A stretch of DNA of 62,901 nucleotides, the filler included, from Neoconidiobolus thromboides FSU 785 (lineage: Eukaryota > Fungi > Entomophthoromycota): NCBI GenBank assembly GCA_025603075.1. It is 6 parts of 6 records of this genome, joined end to end, with 100 filler letters (N's around TTAATTAATTAA, not from the genome) between each part and the next. Parts side by side here need not be neighbours in the genome. Positions count along the whole stretch, not along the records: positions 48,689 to 51,512 come from MU626836.1; positions 51,613 to 61,016 come from MU626663.1; positions 61,117 to 62,901 come from MU626913.1; 3 more parts are not named here. One strand, written 5' to 3'. Every line of letters begins with the position of its first letter. The first letter of the stretch is position 1. Position numbers and translations under genes: made by a program. Below the pieces are notes generated by a model. It saw only the letters and a program-made list of their open reading frames with translations, was not told the origin of the DNA and did not search any database. Positions 49,400 to 62,106 of the stretch are shown one piece after another.

Positions 49400-49500
49400 A
49401 TATGGGAATGTATTTTTATGCTTAGGAATTTAACAACCTTTCCGCTCGAATAGCGCTTAAAAAATGGGAAAGTGACGAAACCAAAAAAACAATCCCATAG
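49400..49500 (+). mobile_element. MITE copy m (tandem with l, 15 bp apart)
   Basis: ATAT-GGGAATGTATTTTT...AAAAAAACAATCCC-ATAG. Confidence 0.85.
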
Positions 49501-51512
49501 CCTATTGATTGTTTATAAAGTGATTTATAAGGTAATCTGACCTTTTTGATTTATGCAGAAAATAGGCCATAGGTTGCAATAGTAGTTTTAATTTTTAGAA
49601 TTTCTAATAAAGAGCTGTTTTTTATCAGAAAATTTTGGTTTCTTTCACTACAGATTAATTAACTCTATTTGCAGTCATTAATAATAAAACTAACTGCTTT
49701 TTCTTGATTTAAAATAGCTTCTTAGAAGATTAAAAACTAACACTATAGTGAAGGGTGTTATTTAGCTGCCTTAATCTAATTAATAATGTATTCTTGACTG
49801 GAATTTGTTTCTTGAATAATTAGGTCAAATTTTATGAAAATTAGTTTCATAGTTGCAGTTAATTACCCTTGGGGCTTGGCCTATAAAAAAAGTCAGATTA
49901 CTTTATAGATTACATTATATAATCACTAAACATTGACAAATAGAAGGTTCAAATAACTTAAGTATTTATGTAAAAATATGGTGTGTGGTCTCATTTATTA
50001 AATAAGCTAACTTGAAATTCCACTTACATAATTTTTAGAATTTTAGTATTTCAGGCATTTGAATTTAATCTTTTTTAAATCACTAATTTACACAGAAGGT
50101 TTGGTTTATTTAGGACAGGGAAAATTTAAATAAAGATAAGATAAAAGGCAAAGGGCAAAAACTTTAACCCAAGTTTGGAGTAGGATAAGTTAGATCCACT
50201 ATGCTCGTCCAATTTATTTCTTGAAAGCTTTGTTTGGATTTTTGAAGAGGTTTGTGTAGCGTTGAATGGATTGATACTCCTTAAAAGATCTCTCTTCTAT
50301 TCAGAAGTAACACAGCTATAGAAGGAGGATGAATATGTATTTTTAGTAAAGTTTATTGGAGGAAATTCTTAAGCTTTGAAAACACATTGTAACAATGCTA
50401 CAGCTGTTGCAACCCTTTTGAAAAATACTGAGAATAATTTTTATAGTTGAGTTATTTACCTAAGTGGATTTTTTTAAAGGTTAGCCCTTATATATTGATG
50501 GAATTTTAGAAATTATTTTACTCTTAAATAAACACTTTATAACATTACAAAAAGAGCTGCAACGTCTGTATACAAACAAAAAATAAAAATTTGAATTTTT
50601 TGTTTTTTTAAACATACTAAACACAAGGGAAAGCAATAGTTTTGTTCCAAAAAAAAGGAAAGAGCCTTTAGAATTCTATGGAGGAGAGAAATTTGATGAT
50701 CCAAGGGGGAAATTTGTGGGGAGTAAACTAGTTTAAGTATTTCAAGAGCTATTGAGTTGAAACAAAGGAGTGCTTACATTCGCGGCTGATTGGTAAAAGC
50801 CACTTTAGGAAAAGAACTGAAATAGGAAGAGGACTCGTAATCAAATTGAAGCTAGGAAAATAAAATATCTTGTGGAAAAATCTAGTAACTGAACTTACAA
50901 ATAATGATTGTATAATTATAATCAGGTAAAATAATATTTGTAAAATCAAAATTAATTGTCCATGGCTTAGGATTAAGAGAAAGGCTGTTGATATAAGTAT
51001 CTGCTCAAGGAGTCTATAAAGATTTGGTATAAAAATATTAAAAATCTATAGGCTACTTTGACATCTATTTTGACTCAATTAAATAAACAATATTCACTGA
51101 TAAGAGGCTTGAAGTTGTGGATCTGAGCTAGAATTGAGTAAACTATAAATGAAACACACCGTTGAATTGAATACAATTTTGAAGATAAGTATTAGACTCG
51201 AATAGTTTTGAGCCTAAATATGTATCTTATATGTTAATAAAATTTTGGAATTAACAATACTATTTTCTCTTTTAGTAAAAGTTGTAAAATAGTCAATTAG
51301 ATAATATAAACAAAATATTATTAAAGTCATTTATTTATTCAGTTTTAGTTTTAGTAGCTATTTGTTTATACAACTTGTATACAAATTTTGATAAGAAATA
51401 TAATAGACATAATGATAAAATAAAACTTGATAATAATATCAAAATAGCAGTACCATAAATATCGATACCTTTAGCTTGTATAAAGGACATTTGATTTGAT
51501 ACTGGAGTAAGA

Positions 51513-51612
51513 NNNNNNNNNNNNNNNNNNNNNNNNNNNNNNNNNNNNNNNNNNNNTTAATTAATTAANNNNNNNNNNNNNNNNNNNNNNNNNNNNNNNN
51601 NNNNNNNNNNNN
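51513..51612. other. Artificial contig linker
   Basis: N44-TTAATTAATTAA-N44. Confidence 0.97.
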
Positions 51613-52727
51613 ATTAAAATCACTAAATTTCAATCTTTAAACATATCAATAATATTATTATGTAATATAGAATTATTAAAAGTAAAATAAATAAATAACA
51701 AATAATAATAATTAACAATAATTAACAATAATCAATAATTATCAATTTAATAGAAAAAATATCCGTTTGATTTGAATGTTTTATTAAAGTAAATAATATA
51801 TTAATATTTCATTTATATTATTAACATTAATTGAAGTGACTTTGATATTATAATCAAAAAGAAAGATATTAGTACTAATGAAGAAATTAATTTGTTTTTA
51901 AATAATACATTGATTGATGATAATTATTTAAATAATCATTATCAACAGAACGATGAATTATTTATTAAAATGAAAAATGTAATTCAACTAATAATCGATA
52001 AATTCTAACTATTTTATTTTTAGTATTTGGAATTATTATATAATTTAGATATAAGGTAATTAACTTATATAATTCAATAATAATATACTATTATTATAAT
52101 AGTTTAAGTGAATGTTGTCAAGAAATAATACAAATGTATTTCAAAGCATTAAGAAACTTACAATTAAATAAAAAGAAATGTATACTAAATCCACATGATT
52201 CATTATCTGTAAGGAATAATAAAAATAATATCAAATATAAATATTAAATATGAACATTAAATTCATTATGCATAGAGTTTAGCCAAAATCACTATTTTAA
52301 ATGCTAAATGTTTTCATAGAAAAATAGCAACTATTGAAGATGCTTTAATAAGGTAATTATATTTATTCTACTATTTCATTGTTATTTTATTGTTATTCTA
52401 TTTAACTTGTATTTAGTATAATTTACTTTGAAAATAATTTAAAAGTTAAATTCCATTATAAAGTTATCTACATTAAAAAGAATGATAACATTGGTAAATA
52501 AACATATATATATTATAATGGAACATTTATTAATATTTGTAGATTATAATATCTTTAATACAAATGATATAAATAATGAATTGTTATTTAGTTTACCTAT
52601 TAATAACATTTCTTTTTTATTAAAAAAAGAAGTACAATATTGGCTATCAAATAGTTTATTAAATAATTGTTATGATTATACAAAAACGGATCTAATTAAA
52701 CATCTCATTCATTTATTAAATCTATAA
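51613..52727 (+). CDS. 3' part of an MCM AAA-lid protein, MCMDC2-like (multi-exon, 5' truncated)
   Basis: Six GT-AG introns splice to ...NLDISLSECCQEIIQMYFKALRNLQ...SLSSLAKITILNAKCFHRKIATIEDALISIIYFENNLKVKF..., an MCM lid pattern. Confidence 0.6.
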
Positions 52728-52767
52728 CAAAATAAATTAAGTATTCAATGCTCGTTAATTATATTAT
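51613..52767 (+). repeat. Left arm of 1155-bp inverted repeat
   Basis: Line-by-line comparison with the reverse complement of 59862-61016 shows one mismatch (51871 A vs 60758 C on the + strand). Confidence 0.97.
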
Positions 52768-53126
52768 ATTATATTATATTATATTATCAATGATTTTTAT
52801 TTCTCAATAAAGTGGCTATAAATCAACTCATAAGTTTTATTTTCTCAGCTCGATCAAGTTGGATATTAGATTATCTAACAAAATGGTCAAAAATATTAAT
52901 CATTCTATTAATCATTTTAATTATGAAAATAGTTATTCTTTTAATTTTCAATCTTTATATTATATGAGAAGTGAACAAAATAAAATAAAAATGTTATCTC
53001 ATTAAAATAATTCAACCAATCAACTTTTTATCAACGTAACTTCCATCCTTTAATTTATCAAAAGAAAAAATAACTCAATTTTCCTTTTTTGTTCACTTAT
53101 TAAATTACAATTAATATAAAATATAA

Positions 53127-55566
53127 ATGAGTGTTGCAGCAACGAATGAGTAACATTAATTCAAATTTAATAATATTCAATAGTAATTATCAATATAGTT
53201 TATGGGTAGAAAAATATCGACCAGTAAACAAACTCGATTTAATTGGTAATAAAACATTAATAGATAATTTAATTATATTCTTAAAAACATGGTGAGTTTT
53301 ATCAAATACTTTTCATTTCACTCCTTTTTATCAATTTCAATTTCAATTTAAAAATATTTGTTATTTATAAATTCAGTTAATTTATTTTTTTCTTGTTTGT
53401 TAGGGACCCTAATGGCCTTGAAACCAAAGTCAATTTTCGCTCTGTGTTAATCAGTGGACCCCCAGGTATTGGAAAAACAAGTGCAGCTTACATAGCCTGT
53501 AAAGAAGCTGGTTACGAAGCTATTGAATTTAATGCTTCAGATACAAGATCAAAAAAAAGTATTGAACAAAAGATTAAAGAAATATTAAGTTGTAATTCTA
53601 TTTTATCATATTTTAAAAAAGATAAAACGAAGCAGGATGGGAAGGAAGGAGATAAGGATAAAAGTAAAGGTAGAAAAAAAGTACTGATTTTGGATGAAAT
53701 TGATGGTATGTCAGGTGGAGATAGAGGTGGTATTCAAGAAATTATTAAGTTATTAAAGACTACTAAGGTATTAATTATATTAATTAATGTATTTTTTAAT
53801 TAATAATAACTAATAATAATTAATTAATTAGGTACCAATTATTTGTATCTGTAATGACCGAAACTCAGTGAAAATTAAATCCTTAGCTAATCATTGTTTT
53901 GATTATCGATTTAGAAGGTAAATTTAATTCATATATTAAATAAATTAAGTAATATAACAATTAATTGTTGATTAATTAATTTCAATAGACCTACAGCTGC
54001 CCAAATAAGACCTTTGATTCAAAGAATCATTACTAAAGAAGGACTTGAATTATCTGAAAATGTATTAGAAACTTTAGTCGAAACCAGTCGTAATGATATT
54101 CGACAAATTATTAATTTATTATCAAGTTGGAGATTAACTAGTAAAAGTATGTCTAAAGAACAATCGAAAGAATTGTAAGTTATTTATTATAGGATAATCA
54201 ACAAGCTTTTAAGTCGAATTATTAATATTAATATCAATATTAAATTTAGTTCAAATATGATGAAAAAAAATGTATTATTAAATCCATTTGATATTGCTAG
54301 TCGTTATTTTAATAATGAAAATTATATGAATGATTCGTTCACTGATCGAATTGAGTTATATTTTCATGATTATCAATTGGCTCCGTTAATGGTACAAGTA
54401 AGTTTATTAAGACATTTATGAAATAGATAGAGAACAATACTTAATTTATACTAAAATAAATGGATAGGAAAATTATATATATTGTCAACCTAGTAGTTCA
54501 ACAATGAATTTTAAACAAAAAGAATTAGAAACATTAGATAAAATAGTCCATGCTTCTGAATTTATTTCTCAAGCAGATTTAATTGAAAAATCTATTCATA
54601 CGTAAGTAAAATTCAGTTTTATTAATTATCGATTAATTGATTAATAATTTAGTTCTCAAAACTGGGATTTAATGCCTTTACATGCTGCCTATTCTTGTGC
54701 AATTCCGTCTTATTTTATGCATGGTAAAATGAGTGATAGATATCGATTTCCAAGGTAAGTTAAATAATGATTGTCGCTGTTATTAAGTAATAGAATATTA
54801 ATAATTAATATCAATTAACAATGTTATTTTAGTTGGTTAGGACAGAACTCAAAAACAAATAAATATAATCGATTATTAAAACAAACTCATTTACATATGA
54901 AAGTGAAAATCTCAGGAGATAAAAATGAATTAAGACAAAATTATTTATTAACATTAAATAATAAATTGACTAAAGAACTAATTAAGGATGGGAATGTAAG
55001 TCAATTAATACTATTTTATCATTTTACTATTTTAAGTGAATCTTTTTTTATATTATTTTTTATTAATATATTAATTAAATTAGAATGGTATATCAAAAAC
55101 AATTCAATTGATGGATAATTATTATCTTGATAAAGAAGATTGGGACACATTAATAGATTTAGGTATTGGTTCTCAAGCTGGTAGTGAAATTCTAAAAGGC
55201 ATACCAACTAGTGTCAAATCAGCATTTACTAGAACGTATGTTTTGCTATACTACTTTATATTTAGAAAATCCAACTAACATTATTTTTATTTCTTTTATT
55301 TTAGTTACAATAAACAGCCTCATCCAACAATGTTGAATGTAGTTATTGCTTCGGTTAAGACTAAAAAAGAAGCCATACCAGATTTGGAGGACGTGTTGGG
55401 TGAAGGTGAATTGAATGATGAAGAGGAAGAAGAAGAAGAGGAAGAAGATGATGAGGATGTAATGAAAGATAAATTGATATCAAAAGCTAAAGAGGGAACT
55501 GCAGCTAAAAGAAAATCAAAGGCGGCAGGAACCAAGGCTACTCGTGGAAAAAAGGGTAAGAAATGA
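53127..55566 (+). CDS. RFC1: Replication factor C large subunit, apparently lacking the N-terminal BRCT region
   Basis: LWVEKYRP, GPPGIGKT, EFNASDTRS, DEIDGMSGGDRGG, ICICND, SQNWDLMPLHA, FPSWLGQNS, LRQNY, KSAFTRTYNK, acidic/basic tail. Confidence 0.93.
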
Positions 55567-55883
55567 AAGAAGATAAATGAAAAATAATGCAAGAATAATA
55601 ATAAATGAATTATGATTATGTTAATTGATATATTTTTGATTTTTTTTTGTGGACTTTTTTTGTTTTTTTTGATCACATTTTTAATATTGAAACCTTAAAA
55701 TTGTCAAAATAACATAAAATCCCATAATAACACTTCAATTTTCTAAATTGAACCAATTAAAACCATGAAATTCATAGCGTTAATTGTAGCAAAATTTAAT
55801 ATTCAAAATTACTTTTTATATAAAGAGAGCAACTAAGATAGTTAAATTTATAGATAAAAGAAAAAAAGAAAGAAAATACTAAA

Positions 55884-58059
55884 ATGTATAACGATTATGA
55901 AGATGATGATATTCCTTTAGAATTAGTATTAACACCTAATTTATATCCAAGTAATCTTGAGGAAGAAGAATATGGTAAGTAATTTTTTTCAAATATTATC
56001 CAGTTCTCACATTTGTCAAATGTTCTCATTAACCCATTTCTTTTTCCTCGTTTTTAGAGCATAGTCATTCGATTGAAAGTGTTAATTCGGCAGTTAACGG
56101 ATTACCAGAAGAAATTAAAAAATTTATCTTTAAATTTCATCATGCTTTAGTTGAAAATAATTATTATGAATTACAATACATTTATGAAAATTTATTCAAT
56201 AAACTAACTGAAAGATATTATGCTAAAAGCTCATGGCCAGATCCAGAGGTCGTGAGTCATTTAGTGAGTGATGGTAAGTTTTGATTTAAGAATTTCAAAA
56301 ATCATGCAAAGGAAATTTATTGATGATTTATGTACTTTTATGGAATAATTAATAATACTTTACTTTTATTTTTATAGATCAAGTATTTTTAACATTATAT
56401 CGTGAACTTTATTATCGTCATATTTACTCTAAATTACAACCAAGTATTGAACACCGTTTTCAATCATATGAAAATTATTGTGATTTATTTAATTATATTT
56501 TAAGTAAGCTAAAGTTTAATACTATTCTTTATATCCTCACATACAGTGTCAAACTATAGCTAAAATTATCATATTATGTTATTTTATATTAATTCTAATT
56601 ACTAATATTAATAGATTCAGATGGCCCAGTACCATTAGAATTACCTAACCAATGGTTATGGGATATTATTGATGAATTTATTTATCAATTTCAAACATTT
56701 TCAACATTTAGAAATAAAATCAAAAGTAAAACAGAAGAAGAGTTGATTTTGTTAAAAGAAAATCCACAAGTAAGTTTTTATTTTATTATGAAAGGTAAAT
56801 ATATTAATTATTATTATTTAGGTTTGGTCTTGTTATTCTGTTTTAAACGTTCTTTACTCTTTAATTCAAAAATCAAGTATTTATGAACATTTAGAAGCTT
56901 TAAAAAATGGAGAAGAACCAGGTTTACAATTGGAAGTGTAAGTTTAAAATGACTAAATTAATATTATACTGTTGTATTAATTTTATTTTAATAGAGAAGA
57001 AAAAGAAGATTATATCAATAAACCATTATATAAAATGTTAGGTTATTTCTCAATCATTGGATTACTTCGAGTTCATTGTTTATTAGGCAATTATACCATG
57101 GCCTTAAAAACTTTAGATAATGTAGATTTAAGTAAAAAATCACCATTTCATAGAGTTATTGCATGCCATGTAACTGTTTATTATTATATTGGATTTTGTT
57201 ATATGATGATGAGAAGATATGCAGATGCTATTCGTTCTTTTTCTCATATATTATCTTTTATGGCAAGAACTAAAATATTTCAAACCAAAAGTTATCAATT
57301 TGATCAGGTAAAGTAGAATATTTTTAATATATTTAACAATATAATTAATTAATATTTTTTATAATATTTTTTAATATTAGATGAATAAAAAAGTAGATCA
57401 AATGTATGCTTTATTAGCTATGTGCATCTCCTTATTCTCTAGTCGAGTTGATGAGCATATTCATAATACCCTTAAAGAAAAATATAGTGAACAAATGTCA
57501 TCTATGCGTACATTAGAATCGAATTTATCCACTTATGAAGAATTATATCTATATTCTTGTCCTAAATTTATCTCACCAACATTAACTAAAATGGATGAAT
57601 CAGAACAAAAACAATCAGCTACTCAATATCAATTAAGTATCTTTTTACAAGAAGTTAAACATCAATATCTTATTCCTACTTTAAGATCTTATCTTGCTTT
57701 ATATTCAACTTTATCTATTGAGAAGTTGGCAAGTTTCTTAAATATTGATAAAGATGAAGTTCGAAGACAATTATTAATATTAAAATTAAAGTCAAAACAA
57801 AAGAAGCAATTAAACGTAGGTAATTTATTGGATGGCCAATATACTTTAGCTAGTGATTTAGATTTTACAGTTAATAAGGTAAGGTTTAGTTTAATATAAA
57901 TTAAATTGCTAGAAATGTATATTAATTTCGTTTATCTATTATTAGGATATTATTATGGTAACAGAACATAAAATTGCTCGAAGATATGGAGATTGGTATA
58001 TTCGTAATATTTCGAAATTTGAAGATATGATTGATAGTTTAAAAATTCGTAAAAATTAA
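55884..58059 (+). CDS. EIF3L: Eukaryotic translation initiation factor 3 subunit L (multi-exon)
   Basis: [67 protein letters not shown]. Confidence 0.95.
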
Positions 58060-58392
58060 AGAGTAATTTTTTAATGAAATTTTGTAAGCTTGAACTTTCT
58101 TTCCTTTACATGCTTACCTCTTGATGTATGGATAGAATGAAATCTTTACTTTGAAAATAAAATAGTCAGTAAATGTGATGTTTTGTTTTTATTTTATTTT
58201 GAATATGTGTTCCTATTGGTACTAGTTGAAATAACTTTTTTTACTTTCATTGGTAGAATATTAAAATGGATGCTAATTATTGAATTAATGTGATTTTTTT
58301 TAAATCAATTGATGACAAAATAAAATCCTAATCTAACTATTCCATTTTATATTTTATTTTATATTTTATTTTATATTTTATTTTTATTTTAT

Positions 58393-59630
58393 TTATTCAA
58401 TTTTCTCTAAAGCCTTGAATAAGCCACTTAACATTTTTTGATTCTCATCTTCCGTACCTATCGTAGCTCTTAAACATCCTTGACAATGCATTTCATTACC
58501 TCTGTAACGAATAACAATCTTCAATTCATCCGCTAAGTATTTATAAACTTCTTTTGCTCTATTAGAGCATGGATTGTTATCCTTGTTTTTGACTTGCATT
58601 AATAAAAAATTAGCATCTGAAGTACCTAATAAAGTTAATTGAGGATGATCTGATACTTGTTTAATTAGAGATTGTTTAGATTCACTGATTTTAGAGATGT
58701 TATTGGAAACTGTAGATAAATTTATTGGCTCAAAAATTTCCATTCCTTTTTCAATAGTTAAACAAGAGATGTTATATGGTGCTTTAGTATTATTCATTAA
58801 TTGAATAATTTCCGTATGACTATAAGCAATACCTAATCTAATATAATAAATTCATCAATCAATCAACAAAATTTTAATTTGTATCCTAATAATTTTAATT
58901 TACCTAATTCCAGCAGCTGAAAAAGCTTTGGATAATGTCTGAGTTACAATCAAGTTAGGATATAAATTTAATAAATTTAAACAAGAATATTTAGAATCTA
59001 CAAAATCAATATAGGCTTCATCGACTACTACAATACCATTAAAAGAACTGTTTAATAGAATTTCAATATCATCTAAGTTTAATAAACTTCCAGTTGGATT
59101 ACCAGGATGGCAAAGGAAGATGACTTTAATTGTTGGAGTAGATGATAACATTTTTAATATCTAGATAAGAATTGAATTGTTAATATTAATATAAAATAAT
59201 AAAAATAACCTACATTATCTACATCCAATTGGAATTTCTCTTTTAATAAAGGACAAGTAACTACTTTAACATCATTAATTTTAGCACATACTTTGTACAT
59301 ACCATAAGTTGGTGGACAAATTAATATACTATCTTGACTTGGGATACAAAATATTCTTAATACTAAATCAATTACTTCATCCGATCCGACTCCTAAAAAT
59401 AGCTTCTTTACATTATCAATCTTCTTATATGACATTATCTTTTGCTTTAGTGATAATTGATAAGGATCGGGATATCGATTTAAACAAGCTGATGATAGAT
59501 TGAAAGGATAACTATTTTCATTGGCATCTAATAAGATACCTTCATTATAATCATCACGAGCACAACGATAAGGTTCTAAGGAGAGGATGTTGGGACGTAC
59601 AATAGATTTTAAGTTGAAATTAAGTGGCAT
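58393..59630 (-). CDS. HIS5: Histidinol-phosphate aminotransferase (3 exons)
   Basis: LEPYRCARDD, LDANEN, GVGSDEVID, CPPTYGMY, VVVDEAYIDF, TLSKAFSAAGIR, LRATIGT. Confidence 0.95.
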
Positions 59631-59861
59631 CTTTCTTTTATGTAGCTTTAAAGTTAAGGATAAATGAATAAGATTATAAATTAATTTTAGTTTTTATTGT
59701 TTCAAATTTTAAATCGCTAATTTTGATGACTCAATACAACTAATCATTTCAAGAATTATACCATCATCTTAATTTTTATCCTTAGTTAACTTACTCTTTA
59801 TTGGCCATTGATTATACTACCAATCAATTGAATTACTAATGGCTATAAATGGTAAATATTG

Positions 59862-61016
59862 ATAATATAATTAACGAGCATTGAATACTTAATTTATTTT
59901 GTTATAGATTTAATAAATGAATGAGATGTTTAATTAGATCCGTTTTTGTATAATCATAACAATTATTTAATAAACTATTTGATAGCCAATATTGTACTTC
60001 TTTTTTTAATAAAAAAGAAATGTTATTAATAGGTAAACTAAATAACAATTCATTATTTATATCATTTGTATTAAAGATATTATAATCTACAAATATTAAT
60101 AAATGTTCCATTATAATATATATATGTTTATTTACCAATGTTATCATTCTTTTTAATGTAGATAACTTTATAATGGAATTTAACTTTTAAATTATTTTCA
60201 AAGTAAATTATACTAAATACAAGTTAAATAGAATAACAATAAAATAACAATGAAATAGTAGAATAAATATAATTACCTTATTAAAGCATCTTCAATAGTT
60301 GCTATTTTTCTATGAAAACATTTAGCATTTAAAATAGTGATTTTGGCTAAACTCTATGCATAATGAATTTAATGTTCATATTTAATATTTATATTTGATA
60401 TTATTTTTATTATTCCTTACAGATAATGAATCATGTGGATTTAGTATACATTTCTTTTTATTTAATTGTAAGTTTCTTAATGCTTTGAAATACATTTGTA
60501 TTATTTCTTGACAACATTCACTTAAACTATTATAATAATAGTATATTATTATTGAATTATATAAGTTAATTACCTTATATCTAAATTATATAATAATTCC
60601 AAATACTAAAAATAAAATAGTTAGAATTTATCGATTATTAGTTGAATTACATTTTTCATTTTAATAAATAATTCATCGTTCTGTTGATAATGATTATTTA
60701 AATAATTATCATCAATCAATGTATTATTTAAAAACAAATTAATTTCTTCATTAGTACCAATATCTTTCTTTTTGATTATAATATCAAAGTCACTTCAATT
60801 AATGTTAATAATATAAATGAAATATTAATATATTATTTACTTTAATAAAACATTCAAATCAAACGGATATTTTTTCTATTAAATTGATAATTATTGATTA
60901 TTGTTAATTATTGTTAATTATTATTATTTGTTATTTATTTATTTTACTTTTAATAATTCTATATTACATAATAATATTATTGATATGTTTAAAGATTGAA
61001 ATTTAGTGATTTTAAT
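59862..61016 (-). repeat. Right arm of 1155-bp inverted repeat
   Basis: Reverse complement of 51613-52767 with one substitution. Confidence 0.97.
59902..61016 (-). CDS. Second copy of the MCMDC2-like 3' part
   Basis: Same exons and introns as the left copy; one Ser-to-Gly difference (AGT vs GGT). Confidence 0.6.
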
Positions 61017-61116
61017 NNNNNNNNNNNNNNNNNNNNNNNNNNNNNNNNNNNNNNNNNNNNTTAATTAATTAANNNNNNNNNNNNNNNNNNNNNNNNNNNN
61101 NNNNNNNNNNNNNNNN
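61017..61116. other. Artificial contig linker
   Basis: N44-TTAATTAATTAA-N44. Confidence 0.97.
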
Positions 61117-61537
61117 AAAGTGTAATAAAATAGTAAACATTTGAATTTTCTAAACATTTTCGACACATCTTAGTTTCATATATATAATGTTCCTATATAT
61201 TCTGGATACTATACATAAACTTAATATCAACTATAAGACTGGGATTTTTTTAGTACCTTAAGTTAATAATATGGTTATAAACCAATATGGAATATATGAT
61301 AAAAATCTTTTATAATGCCTGTCATTATAAAGTAGACATAAATATATTAAAGCAGAACACGTTATATGTTTTAAAAACTATGATCTAAATTATAATATAT
61401 TTTTGTATCTAATGCACTATTTCCTTACTCTGTAGAAAATTAAACTAAATTCTTTAATAGTTTAAATCTAATTCAATTGGTTCTTTTAAGCTATTTGAAA
61501 TCCTTTATGGTGATTTACTCGTATACTGTTACCCGAT

Positions 61538-61611
61538 TTGCTAATAATTTTTCCACTCAAATAGTGCTTGAAAAATAAAAAAAGTAATAAAGTCAAAAAA
61601 ATACCCCATAT
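61538..61611 (+). mobile_element. MITE copy n (5'-truncated)
   Basis: CTAATAATTTTTCCACTCAAATAGTGCTT...AAAAAAATACCCC-ATAT; left TIR missing. Confidence 0.75.
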
Positions 61612-62029
61612 AAACTTCCATTGGTAATTTTATTAAAATATGGGATCTATTTTAATAATAATTTAAATACCTAGTATTCACTATTTATATTAGATTAGTC
61701 TACAAAATCTTCAATCTATAATAAGACGTACATAGCCAAACCCTAAAAGTGTTATTATCTCTAGATAAAATTTATAATATAGCTAGCATACAGTATATTT
61801 TTCAAAACTAAGTAGTAGTGTAAATGATATATACATTGCGTTTAAAAATAGTGACAAACATCTTTTAAAGAATAGAACTTGAAAACATTACTATTAATTT
61901 ATCTTAGGAGAAGCGTAGTATTAGATTTCACTGATTTGACAATAAGATTCATTAAAATACATGAAATTAGTTTTCAGCTCAAGAACATTGATATACTTAA
62001 GTGACCTTGAAATTTGTGCTTAAATTTGT

Positions 62030-62106
62030 ATATGGGGATGTCTTTTTAATTATTTTCTAAGCGTCATTGAGTAGAAAATTCTTAAACAAAAAATACACCC
62101 TCATAT
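62030..62106 (-). mobile_element. MITE copy o (internally deleted)
   Basis: ATAT-GGGGATGTCTTTTT...AAAAAATACACCCTC-ATAT. Confidence 0.8.

Noticed and set aside
50703-50722. AAGGGGGAAATT-TGTGGGG, like a polypurine tract plus LTR start
   Set aside because: No second LTR, primer-binding site or pol sequence identified on this contig
52812-52823. TGGCTATAAAT shared by both inner IR flanks (also near 59840)
   Set aside because: 11-bp AT-rich direct match outside the repeat and in the wrong orientation to extend it; likely chance
58346-58395. TTTTA/TTTTATA tandem tract after HIS5
   Set aside because: Ordinary AT-rich 3' UTR low complexity
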